A stretch of 64,000 bases of DNA from an uncultured virus (IMG/VR IMGVR_UViG_3300044611_001416) (taxonomy: Duplodnaviria; Heunggongvirae; Uroviricota; Caudoviricetes), in IMG/VR virus record IMGVR_UViG_3300044611_001416; one strand, written 5' to 3'. Below, in pieces: positions 18,920-30,300 of the stretch; the first letter of the stretch is position 1, and every line of letters begins with the position of its first letter. Under the pieces are notes generated by a model, which saw only the letters and a program-made list of their open reading frames with translations, had not been told where the DNA came from and did no database searches. The position numbers and the translations under genes were made by a program.

Positions 18920-21900
18920 ATGCCTGATAGTACATTATCGTTTGTTAACAGTTCTTCATTTAGAAATGCGTTATTAGCCACAAATTTGGAGCCATATGAT
19001 GTACCTGGTGTTTACACACCACCCTCAGGACCTATTGCCTATGAAATACAACAAACAGTAAGTAATGTTATTGATTCACCCGATGGTTTAATTGCTAATG
19101 ACCCATTTGCAGCGATATTATATCCATTAAATGAATACGGACCTAATGGTGGTTTTAATACAACTATCACATACAATGGACCTCCATTACCCGTTAACCC
19201 TAATCAAGGGGAGTACAGTCCAACAGATACGGTATTAGACTTAGTTAATGAGTTTTATATCGACGCCGCATATATTGAAAACATATATGGACCTTCTGGT
19301 GGGTTTAATGATATGGTAGTTATTACGGATATCCAAAACAATAATAAAATTTATCAACCTTATTGGAATCCACCAACATTTGTACCGTCTTCTTATACAC
19401 CATATAGTATATTATTTTCAGATAACCCAAATGGAACTGACGGTTCATTATCTCAGGATTCTTATATTGCTAAAATTGGGGCGGAACAACTTAATTACTT
19501 ATTCCAACAAAGAATTGCCGCTGAGATATTTCAAAATACTGTTGGTCAAGTTAACTTAGATTCTTTAAGTGACCCTTTTGAGGCTGCCTTAATTGCAACA
19601 GGACAAGAACCATTAATTTATAAAAACTATAGAATTACTGTCCCTGAAAATCCTATTGTTGCGGCGTTTGATTTGGCAACTAGATTAGCAAGTGCTTATT
19701 GGCCTGTTTCTATGATTCCTGGTGATTACTTCACACAACAACACAAGCCAGGGTTTTTATCACAACAAACATCAAACGCTTTAAATGTTATCAATCAACT
19801 AACGGGAGGGTTTTTAGGTCCAATTCTAAACACATCTAGAAGTGCATCTGAATTATTTTTGGCCAATACGGGTAACGGTCAAAGGTCAGTTTTATTTCGT
19901 AATATTGATTATAACAGATATCAACCTGATTATAAAAATCAATATGGTGGATTATTAGGCGTTGCTCAAGGTTTGGTTAATTTAGCTGTTAATTTAATTA
20001 ATCCTAATAATGGAACTTTAGTTGGTGGTTATTATGTTGGCAGTAGAAATGCGGAACCATCAACAATAACATCACCAGCAAATCAAATACCAGTTAATGT
20101 CTTTGGACAACAGGACCCTGCGCCTGTTTATGGACCTTCAGAACTTGCAATATTATATGAAGGTAATAATGAAGTGTTAAAATTTGGTCTTGCGGCAAAA
20201 CCATTAAGTGATGGTGGTGGTATTGACGGACAATTTGTTTGGACTTCACCTAAATATAAAGGTAATGCTGGTTTTAATGCAACACCTGGTGGAGGTACAG
20301 GTAGTTTAGACCCTGAGTTTAACCAAGTTAGTAGTTACTATACAAGAGATGAGTCAACTAATATAACATTCAAAGAGACTTCAATTTTAGACCAAACTCA
20401 AAGATTAATTGAGTCTGCGGATAATGTTACGGGTATTTCTCGTTTAAAACATGTTGGTAATGCAATTAACCAAGTTAGTAAGGTATTCCATGATGGATAT
20501 AAAGAAATAACTAAAGGTTCTCAAGTATTATCGTACACTGATTTTACTACGGGGGCAGAAAAAGGAATTGAGTATTGTCGTGTATTCACTAAGGACACAC
20601 CTTACTACACTTACGCCGATTTACAAAAAACTGATGGTATTACTACTTCGGGTAGACGTTTTAGTAATTCTGTATTTGATAACACATACAACTTAAACAT
20701 AGCCCCACTTAAAAACCCTGGTTCAACAAATATTCAAATGAATAACCAAGGTAAATTAGTCGCTAAAAAATATATGTTTTCCATTGAGAATTTAGCTTGG
20801 AGAACTTCAAGTAGACCAGGATTTACATATGATGAATTACCTACATGTGAGAAAGGGCCTAATGGGGGTAGAGTTATGTGGTTCCCACCTTATGATTTAA
20901 AATTCTCAGACCAAAGTTCTGCGAATTGGAATTCACAATCATTTTTAGGTAGACCTGAACCAATTTACACTTATAAAGATACAAGTAGAACAGGAACACT
21001 TTCTTGGAAAATTATTGTTGACCACCCTTCTGTTATGAATGTTATTGTTGAAAAACAATTAAAGGGTCAAAGTAAAGAAAAATTAAATTCAATCATTGAT
21101 TCGTTCTTTGCGGGTTGTGTGAAGTATGATATCTATCAATTAGGACTTAAATTTAATACGATACCGACTAAGGATTTGTATACCTACCAAGAGATATTAA
21201 ATAACCCTAGAATAACTAAAGAAGAGTTACAAGGTATTAATCAATCTATTCCTAAAGATAATTCGGGTGGGTTGGTGACTAACACTGTTGCAACTCCCGC
21301 AAATAATACTAATAAGGCGGACACACCTGACAATTCAGGCGTTGAATTTGAAAACGAATTTAACGAATTATCGTTCTATTTTTACAACGATATTCCCGAC
21401 CCTAACACAAATAAAATAGTTTCGTCAGTACCTTATCAAGTAACCTATGGAAGTTATACCGCGTCATCATTCATTAGTAATTATGTAGATAAAGCCAATG
21501 CAGTATTTGCACCAAATTTAAGTTATTGTACAACAAACTCATCATATTGTGATACTAATAAAAAAGTTAAAGAGTTTTATGATACGGTAATTATCGACAA
21601 CTTTAATACAATTGACAATGCGGATAACGGTTTTATTAAAAAGGCGTTTAATTTATTAAAAGAAAAAAACGCAACAATTAATTTAACTTTAGTTGGTTCG
21701 GCTTCAGCACCTGCCTCAGTACCATATAACATAAATCTTTCTAAAAGAAGAAATGATTCTGTTTTACAATATCTTAAAATTAGAGGTAAAGAAATTGGGT
21801 GTGATATAACACCGTTTATTGATAGTAAAAAATTTATTTTAAATGAATCCGCTTCAGGTGAAACAGAAACTGTGGTGATACCAAAATCGATATCTGGAGG

Positions 21901-24001
21901 TGCGGGGGCGTCGGTTAATTGTACGACTGATATTAAAAATGGTTCGGGCGTTGTTACATCTAATTCACAAATTTATTCGGTTGATGCTATGGCTTGTAGA
22001 CGTGTTAAAATTGTGTCTAAAGTAGTTTTACCGCCAGGGGAAAGTAAAAAAGATACACCGGCCAGCACTACAGAAACCTCAACACAACCTAAAACTATTG
22101 ACATAACAGTTAAACCTATTACCCCAAAACCAACGGTTAGCATTGAGACAAAACTTAAAGAAGGTATTGGTAAACGAATATTAAGACAGTTACTTTCTGA
22201 ATGTGATTATTTCCAAGTAATTGAGGAAAATGTTCCGATGTTATATGACTCAATAAAAGAAAAAATTAAGTATTTTAATCCTGCGTTTCACTCTATGACA
22301 CCTGAAGGATTGAATGCTCGTTTAACCTTCTTAAATCAATGTGTTAGACCTGGTGAAACAATCCCAACAATTGGTCCTGATGGTAAACCAAAATATAATG
22401 ACGCTGTTAATACGTCATTTGGAGCACCACCAGTATTAATATTACGTATTGGTGACTTTTATAATACAAAAATTATTCCTAAGAGTGTTTCATTCACATA
22501 TGAACCATTGTTATTTGATATGAACCCTGAGGGTATTGGTATCCAACCAATGATTGCCAATGTTACGATGAATTTTGATTTTATTGGGGGTATGGGTCTT
22601 GCTAAACCTGTAGAACAATTACAAAACGCATTATCGTTTAACTATTATGCAAATACTGAGATTTATGATGAGAGGTCGGTATGGACTGAAGATACCTCAG
22701 CATTAGATAAAACTTTAATGGAATCCATATTACAAAGTCAACCTGTTGAAACTGTTGACAATGTTGATAACCAAATTCAAAATGATTTCGGTAATACAAT
22801 AGGTGACATCGTTAATTTCAACAGAGTTGTTGGAGGTGAAACTGGTGAAATTAGTTATGGTGTTATTATGGATAAGATGTTGTCTGAGACAACTTCATAT
22901 TTTAATTCTTTATATAATCAATTGGAAAGTATTGTGTTACAAACTAATTATGGTGTGTTACAATTAGTTAATCAATACAGAGATTATCAAGATGGTCCTT
23001 TAACGGTAGGAACTGTTAGTTACCCAACTAAGATTTATGGTAAACCGTTAATTTCAAAAACATCGGGTAATGACAAAGTTAATTTATTCCAAGAATTGTT
23101 GGATAAATGCATTGTTGACATTGAGAATGGACTTAATCCAATAATTGCTGAATTAGATACTAACAACTATCCGGATATACTCCCTAATGAATTTAGTGTC
23201 ATAAAAACTAATATGATATCTTATTTAAAACAGGTTTATTTAACTTTACCTAATAGTACACAAAAAATTGTTACTGATTTAACAGTTAAAGAACAAAACT
23301 ATGTACAAGTAATTAGAAAATTAATTGTTGTCAATGATAAGACTGATGGTAAAAAATTAGAAAACGGAACACCATTAGTATATAGTATTAGTGGTACTTC
23401 AAAAGTTAGTGAAAGTACTAAACAATCGGACCCTTTAATTGGGGATACCTATGATGAGTTTACAACTGACTGTGGTAAAATATACAAAGCACTTAATGAT
23501 TTTTTAGATGTGTTAAATGCTAAAGAAATTATCACAAACACATATGAAAATACGGGGGATTTTAAAACTGCGGACAATTCTTTCTTTACCGATGTTTATA
23601 AGAAAGAGTTCTTCATGATGGTTGGTAGAAACTTTAGTGATAAAAATAAATTACAGGAGTTTAAAACATTTATATTAACCGCAAACATTTCATCAAATAA
23701 AAAGTTAACGAAGAAGTTTGATGATGTTACTGATGATTTAGCTAAAGAATATAGTAAAGAAATTAAAAAAGAAGAAAAAATATTTTCAGATTTTAGAAAA
23801 AGTTCTGAATATAAAACATATATTGAAAGTCCTGATGATATTTTATATCCCGCAGGAAAAACAAGGGTTTTTGATTATACAACAGTACCTGACCCAGCAA
23901 CAGAGGCGGCTCAAAAGAAATTATTAACTGATTTATTTACGACAGTAAACTTAGAACCTGCTAATACTACAATCTTTACAGGTAAAATTAAATTTGATTA
24001 A
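18920..24001 (+). CDS. Large baseplate/tail-associated protein with internal OmpA-C-like domain
   Basis: FLGRPEPIYTY and PPVLILRIGDFY tube-initiator-like segments; LVGSASAP..YNINLSKRRNDSVLQYL...RRVKI. Confidence 0.6.
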   Translation: MPDSTLSFVNSSSFRNALLATNLEPYDVPGVYTPPSGPIAYEIQQTVSNVIDSPDGLIANDPFAAILYPLNEYGPNGGFNTTITYNGPPLPVNPNQGEYSPTDTVLDLVNEFYIDAAYIENIYGPSGGFNDMVVITDIQNNNKIYQPYWNPPTFVPSSYTPYSILFSDNPNGTDGSLSQDSYIAKIGAEQLNYLFQQRIAAEIFQNTVGQVNLDSLSDPFEAALIATGQEPLIYKNYRITVPENPIVAAFDLATRLASAYWPVSMIPGDYFTQQHKPGFLSQQTSNALNVINQLTGGFLGPILNTSRSASELFLANTGNGQRSVLFRNIDYNRYQPDYKNQYGGLLGVAQGLVNLAVNLINPNNGTLVGGYYVGSRNAEPSTITSPANQIPVNVFGQQDPAPVYGPSELAILYEGNNEVLKFGLAAKPLSDGGGIDGQFVWTSPKYKGNAGFNATPGGGTGSLDPEFNQVSSYYTRDESTNITFKETSILDQTQRLIESADNVTGISRLKHVGNAINQVSKVFHDGYKEITKGSQVLSYTDFTTGAEKGIEYCRVFTKDTPYYTYADLQKTDGITTSGRRFSNSVFDNTYNLNIAPLKNPGSTNIQMNNQGKLVAKKYMFSIENLAWRTSSRPGFTYDELPTCEKGPNGGRVMWFPPYDLKFSDQSSANWNSQSFLGRPEPIYTYKDTSRTGTLSWKIIVDHPSVMNVIVEKQLKGQSKEKLNSIIDSFFAGCVKYDIYQLGLKFNTIPTKDLYTYQEILNNPRITKEELQGINQSIPKDNSGGLVTNTVATPANNTNKADTPDNSGVEFENEFNELSFYFYNDIPDPNTNKIVSSVPYQVTYGSYTASSFISNYVDKANAVFAPNLSYCTTNSSYCDTNKKVKEFYDTVIIDNFNTIDNADNGFIKKAFNLLKEKNATINLTLVGSASAPASVPYNINLSKRRNDSVLQYLKIRGKEIGCDITPFIDSKKFILNESASGETETVVIPKSISGGAGASVNCTTDIKNGSGVVTSNSQIYSVDAMACRRVKIVSKVVLPPGESKKDTPASTTETSTQPKTIDITVKPITPKPTVSIETKLKEGIGKRILRQLLSECDYFQVIEENVPMLYDSIKEKIKYFNPAFHSMTPEGLNARLTFLNQCVRPGETIPTIGPDGKPKYNDAVNTSFGAPPVLILRIGDFYNTKIIPKSVSFTYEPLLFDMNPEGIGIQPMIANVTMNFDFIGGMGLAKPVEQLQNALSFNYYANTEIYDERSVWTEDTSALDKTLMESILQSQPVETVDNVDNQIQNDFGNTIGDIVNFNRVVGGETGEISYGVIMDKMLSETTSYFNSLYNQLESIVLQTNYGVLQLVNQYRDYQDGPLTVGTVSYPTKIYGKPLISKTSGNDKVNLFQELLDKCIVDIENGLNPIIAELDTNNYPDILPNEFSVIKTNMISYLKQVYLTLPNSTQKIVTDLTVKEQNYVQVIRKLIVVNDKTDGKKLENGTPLVYSISGTSKVSESTKQSDPLIGDTYDEFTTDCGKIYKALNDFLDVLNAKEIITNTYENTGDFKTADNSFFTDVYKKEFFMMVGRNFSDKNKLQEFKTFILTANISSNKKLTKKFDDVTDDLAKEYSKEIKKEEKIFSDFRKSSEYKTYIESPDDILYPAGKTRVFDYTTVPDPATEAAQKKLLTDLFTTVNLEPANTTIFTGKIKFD

Positions 24002-24003
24002 TT

Positions 24004-24330
24004 ATGGCGTCAAAACAATATTATAATAGATATAATGACTTTATTTTAAATGGACAACAGACTGTTGTTCCTTATATTACGTTGCCAAGTAAAAGTACCG
24101 ATAAACGATACATTTATAAGGCAGGACAGTCTAGATTAGATAAAATGTCGCAACAGTATTATGGTTCACCATTCTTTGGTTGGGTAATAATGCAGGCAAA
24201 TCCAATTTATGGAGGACAAGAGTGGAACATTAGTGACGGTTCTATCTTGACAATTCCATTTCCTTTAGTAGCTTCTTTACAGGATTATAAAAATCAATTG
24301 GATAATCATTTCTTTTATTATGGTAGGTGA
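24004..24330 (+). CDS. LysM-like baseplate protein (gp53/gpX-like)
   Basis: YIYKAGQSRLDKMSQQYYGSPFFGWVIMQANP...GSILTIP. Confidence 0.7.
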   Translation: MASKQYYNRYNDFILNGQQTVVPYITLPSKSTDKRYIYKAGQSRLDKMSQQYYGSPFFGWVIMQANPIYGGQEWNISDGSILTIPFPLVASLQDYKNQLDNHFFYYGR

Positions 24331-27300
24331 CACAGAAAATATTTTAGTCGAATTTGACTATAACAACATAACAATCGTAGACCCAAACAAAGTTATCGAT
24401 ATAAATGGTAACGCGAAAGAACGATTTATTAAACAAGAAGATTTAGTTTTTTATGCTAACTTGGAGTGTAAAGTTTTACCAAGAACTAAACTAGCCGTTG
24501 GTGTTGCAAATAACGACCAAATTCAAACAGTTTCTATTGCAACAATCAATTTCTTAAAACCTGGTGATAAGACATTTTTAGATAATAGTTATACTGACGA
24601 AATTACAGGTAAAAATAGTGTTACGGGTGAAGGGGTTAATCAACCTAAAAAAAATTCAATTAGTAATCCTAACAAACCTGCGGATTTTTTCTTAAGACAA
24701 AGTATTAATTCTGGTGGAAAACCAGGGGCGACCGATAACGGACTACTTGGTATAACATCAATTAATATTCGACAAGGATTGGATTTTTTACCAACAATCA
24801 ATGTGCAACTTGAAGACGTAAAAGGTAAAGCGTTATTTGAATCAGGAGATAATTCACCTTATGCTGCGTTCTTTAATTTACCTTACCCACTTTTCCATTT
24901 AACGATTAAAGGTTATTATGGCAAGGCAATTAAATTAGGACTTATGTTACAATCTTTTAGTTCAAGATATGACACATATAGTGGAAATTTTAAAATTGAT
25001 TTAAAGTTTTATACTTACAAATATACAATCTTAAGTGAGATTACTATGGCCGCATTGACAGCGACCCCTCACATGTATAAATCAAGAATTAAGGTTCAAA
25101 CAACACAAGGAAGTACTGATAGTAAATTTGTTAAAGTTGAGGATGGTGTTGTTGAAGGTGGGTATCAAAAAGTTAAAGAAATGTATAGTGAATATAAATC
25201 AAAAGGTATGATACCTGATGATTTTCCCGAAATCACTTTGGTTCAAATGCAAGAAAGAATTGAGAATTTTATTAAAAATGTGTTGGATAGTTTTACTAAA
25301 CAAAATTTGGACCCATTAACTAATTTAGATGTTTATCAAAAAACTCTTAATGATTATTCCGGTAATGTTTATTATTTTAATGGTTCATCATGGTTTGAAA
25401 AGTATATGGATAAGAACACTGCTTTTGTATTAACCAATGGTAATAAAGTTTACACTTTTAAACCTGAAATTAGTTTACAAAATAGAGTTACCGCAAAGGC
25501 AGAATTAGATGGATATGTAAAAAAATATAATGAGTTATTAGATGGTAATGAAACTGTGGGAGCAAATGGTTCATATAAGATTAATAATAAAACAACTAAA
25601 ATAACAATACCTAATGGTATTAAATCACCAGACACTTTTATCCCAAAACCTGAGATTACAGAAAAAGATATTGATTTAGTTCAAAGTTATCGATTAGTTA
25701 AAGGTGTAAAAACTACACCAACCGACACACAACTTGCGGCATACCAAGCCGAATTGATTAAAAATAAAGTGTTTAATACCCCTGTTATTAAAAACGCGGA
25801 CGGTAATATTGAACTAATAAAAGATTATTACATTTTTGAAGGTACAAACACATTTATTGATAATATTGATAAAATGGGTAAAAAATTAAAAGTTTTTAGA
25901 GAACAAATACAAGAAGAACTTACAAAGGCTCTTTCAGAATTGTTACAAAGTAAGGATAATGGTATTGGGTTTGTACCTAACATTAGAAATGTTCTTGCCG
26001 TTGTTTTTGCCAATGGAGAGGCGTTCTTAAGATTAATGGACGATGTTCACACGAAAGCTTGGGATAAGAGAGATTCTACAATTAGAAAAAACTCTATCTT
26101 TAATAGTCAAACCGCTGGTGCGTCACAAGACAATTTAAGTAGTGGTAATAACAAGGAACAACCTATATATCCTTGGCCACAAATGATTAAAGAAACCTCA
26201 GGAACAGACGGGCACGAAAAGTTTGAGATTGTTTATCCTGGTGATTCTTCAGTGATTACTCAGACAAAAGGATTTTTAGCGGATGAATGGCCTGAAGTTG
26301 AATTTGTTGAAGAATTTATTCGAGGTTATGTGGAGAGAACTTCACCTCCGTCAGATAGTACCGCATCTCCAAATGAGTTAACGGAACCTCAAAGAATTTC
26401 GGTGGACGCTATTGAATTTCCAATTAAAAATGACGTTTATGGTAATAAAGAAGAAGTTAAGTTTTTTTATGAAATATATGAGAGAGTTTTATTAACAACC
26501 TTTTATTCAAGACTTGGTAGATGTAACGACTTTATATCTGATTCGGATAAAGTTACAACTATTATTGCTGATGCTGAGAATATTAACATACTTAAAAGTT
26601 TATCAAATGATAATCCATTTATAATTCAAAAACTTAAAGAATATGCCTATACTGGTGAAAATTTTGAGACTGTCCTTAGACATATTTCAAATGAAGGTTT
26701 GGGGGAAAGTTGGCAAAATTTTATTAGAGGTATTTTTAATACAAAATATATTAAAAACTTAGTTAATAATTCTAGTTTTGAATTTATTAATGAACAAATC
26801 CTTAAGAATAGTTTATCACAACCAATGGTTTCATTACCAAGTGAAACTCAATTTGCAGAATATATTAATGACTCAACAACATCCAACGAATATGATTTTG
26901 CCGATACATACCCTTTTACAAATAAAAATTGGGTTAAAAAATATTTGGCAAATAGTAACACAGTGTTAGATGAAAAATCGGCTTTTGATACAACACAAAT
27001 ATTAACGTACACTTCGGATAATAAAATTATTACGAATATTGCATCTTATGATTCAGGCAAAAAACCATTTACTAACTTTATTTCAGAAATAACAGTGACT
27101 CCCACAGAGTATAGTACAACTGTTGGTATGAAAGCGTTTTATGAGACAAGAAAAAACGATTATAAAAATCAATTATTTACTGAAGGTAATTTAAAGTACA
27201 ATAATTATAATGGTCTTGTAACTAGTGAACAAACAGTGTCTATGTTTAATACACCGTATTTTATTAATGCAATTCAACAAGGTGTAAGTAATTTTAGAAA

Positions 27301-30300
27301 TTTTAGTGAGACACCATATACTGAAGCCGCGTACCTTTTCTTAAATAGTTTACCATTGTCTACTCTACGAGAAAAGTATAAAACAAAAAATGAGTCTGAT
27401 GATTTAAATTATATTTTTGCAACACTGAATAAATTTGGTGGAGTACATAAAATACCATATTCTTGGGTTTTAAAATACGGTTCAATATGGCACCGTTATA
27501 AAAAGTATGTTGAAACTGGCGTTGATATTATAGGGGTTTCTTGGGCTAATTTTGATTATCTTAATAACTATGACCCTGTTAATAGTTTACCATCAACAAT
27601 GTATACATTTAGTGCTAGTACTCAAATTGGTATTGTTGATATTGTTTTAGAGAATAATGTAACAATTGGTGGGGAAGTATCTACAACAATTAACACAGGA
27701 TTTTATCCTAAATTAATTAATGATTTTAATGTCTTTTACCAAGGATTTGAAATTTTCTCGGCGTACACTAGTACCGCAATTCAAGAAGGAATTAAATCAG
27801 GGTTTACGTTAAATTATGTTGATAAAGCCATTATTAGCAAATCAGAAGGTTTTGACACTTCAATACCTAATAGAGATTTAAGAATATTTCCTTGGACAGT
27901 ATCTGTAAATACTTTAGATAATATATCTTCATTTATATTCCCATCCCAAGGTTCATTAGTTAATCAAACAAACAATGAATGTTTTGACGCAAATACAGGA
28001 GAAATAAAATTTGAAGTTATGGGTAATAAGTCAATGTATGATGGTTCAGTTAGAACTTTTTGGACAGCACCCAATTACGGATATTTTGATGATAGTAAAA
28101 TAGTTAAGGTTAATCCGGACCAATACCTAAAAGAAATTTTTTCAGGAAAAAGTTTTCAAGAAAATTATTCATTAAATGGCGTAATTACTCAATATTCAAA
28201 TATTAGTGAAATGTTTTCTGTTTTCGAAAAGGATGTTTTAGATTTATTTGAAGTTGAGTTTTTAAATTTTTCAAAATCAAAATATGATTATAGTTCGGAA
28301 GGTGTCGGTGCAAATGATTCCAATACCGCTAAATTGTTTAAGAACTTTCAAGTTTTAATGATTGAGTTGATGAAGCAACCTAAAATAACAGGGTCAACAG
28401 GTGAAGATTATGTAAGAAATGCTCAATCTGCACAACTTACAAATATTACTAATCTATTAACTAGATTTATTAATAATGATGTTGTATTTAAAAACGGAAA
28501 TCCGTCTAACTACGATAAAAAATTATTTTATACGTTCTCAAACTATGATATTACCGACCCATATATTTTGGACAAATACACACTATTAACGCCAAACGCA
28601 GTTCCTGTAAATGGTGGAACAACTACATTATCTTCATCAAAAAGTTTATACCCTAATGAGTGGACTACATTAGAAACTTATGTTGGTTTTTCAGAAATCC
28701 CGCAATTAGTTTATGGAAATAACGGTTCATACATTACTGACTTTTTTGTTGACTTAAACATTTCTTTTACGGTTAATAATATAATTAATTTTTCACCAAT
28801 AATTAAAATTTATGCGACTCAGAAATTAAAAGAGTCCACGATGAATAAAAAAAAATTCATTGGTTTAATGGATGAGTATTTGAAAAAGTCTTTAGATTTT
28901 AAAAATAAAATATTTAATAATTTAATTATTAAACTACAAAAAGCTTTACCCGATGTTAATAACACAGTACAAACGACAATTGATTCTGTTTTAGAGGGAC
29001 CACAAACAAAGGTTGAATTATGGGAATCATTTAAGGCAATAAATGATAAATGGATTTCAGGTAATGATTTTAAAACTAAAACATTATTTGAGGATGTTTT
29101 ATTGTTAGATAGAGCGAGTAGAAATATTGGTGATAAGATATTGGTTGATGTTTTTAAATTAAAAAACAGATTAATTAATATAAACCCTAAAGCGACAATG
29201 CTTAGTTTTGTACAATCAATATTAGTTGAAAATAACTTTGTTGTAATGAATTTACCGTCATATGTTAATTTCTATAATGTACAAGATGCGGTTAAAAACC
29301 CAAAACCAAAGGTTGAAGGAACATTAGAGTTTGCTAATACACTATTTGGAACTTTCATGAACGTTGATTATAGAGAATCAAGTGCTAAAATGGTTTGTTT
29401 CTTTGGTGGTAAACCAAGTGAACAATTAGATTTAAAAAACAATGTTGATTTTAGATATAGAAATGACGCGTTTGATTTAAGAAGAGCTAGTGATAATCCG
29501 TTAGTTGAAGATTTAACTAATAAGAATGATTGGGATAAATCAAATAAAGTTGTAGGGTTTAATGTTGATATTGGACCTCAAAATCAGTCTATGTTTTATG
29601 GGTTTACTGTTTCCCAAGATGCTGGTCAAGCCACTGCAGAATCTCTTGAAGTGTTAAATCAAATGGCCAATCAAGGTGGTAATAGGGGAGGTGCAACACA
29701 AAGTAACTCATTATATAACCTATACAAAAATAGAAGTTATTCTTGTAATGTATCCATGATGGGTAATGCTATGATACAACCAACAATGTACTTTAATTTA
29801 AGATACGTCCCAATGTTTAGTGGGCCTTATATGATTACAAGTGTTAATCATAGTATATCACCAGGTAGTTTTGAAACAATTATTGAAGGTATTAGACAAC
29901 CAACCGCATCATTACCTAAAATTGATAATTATTTACAAACATTAAAAACTAATTTATTACAATCTATTATTGAAAAGAATAAACTTGATACTCAGAAAAA
30001 AAATGCGGAAACAAAAGTTAATAGTACTAATGTAATTGGTCAGTCAACTGAGGTTAATAACCAAGCAACACAACAAGATAGCACCACAGCAAATGATACT
30101 ATTCAGGAAACTTGTCAACCAAACTCTAAATATGCTCAATGGACACCATTAACAGGGCCGTCAATAACAACATTAAATTATAAAAGTGTTATTGGTACTA
30201 TTGTTAGTCTAACGAATGATGTTAAATTACAAAAAGTTATTTTTTCCTCAATTTATATATCGTCAAATAATAATAACACCTTAACAACTTATGAGAATAA

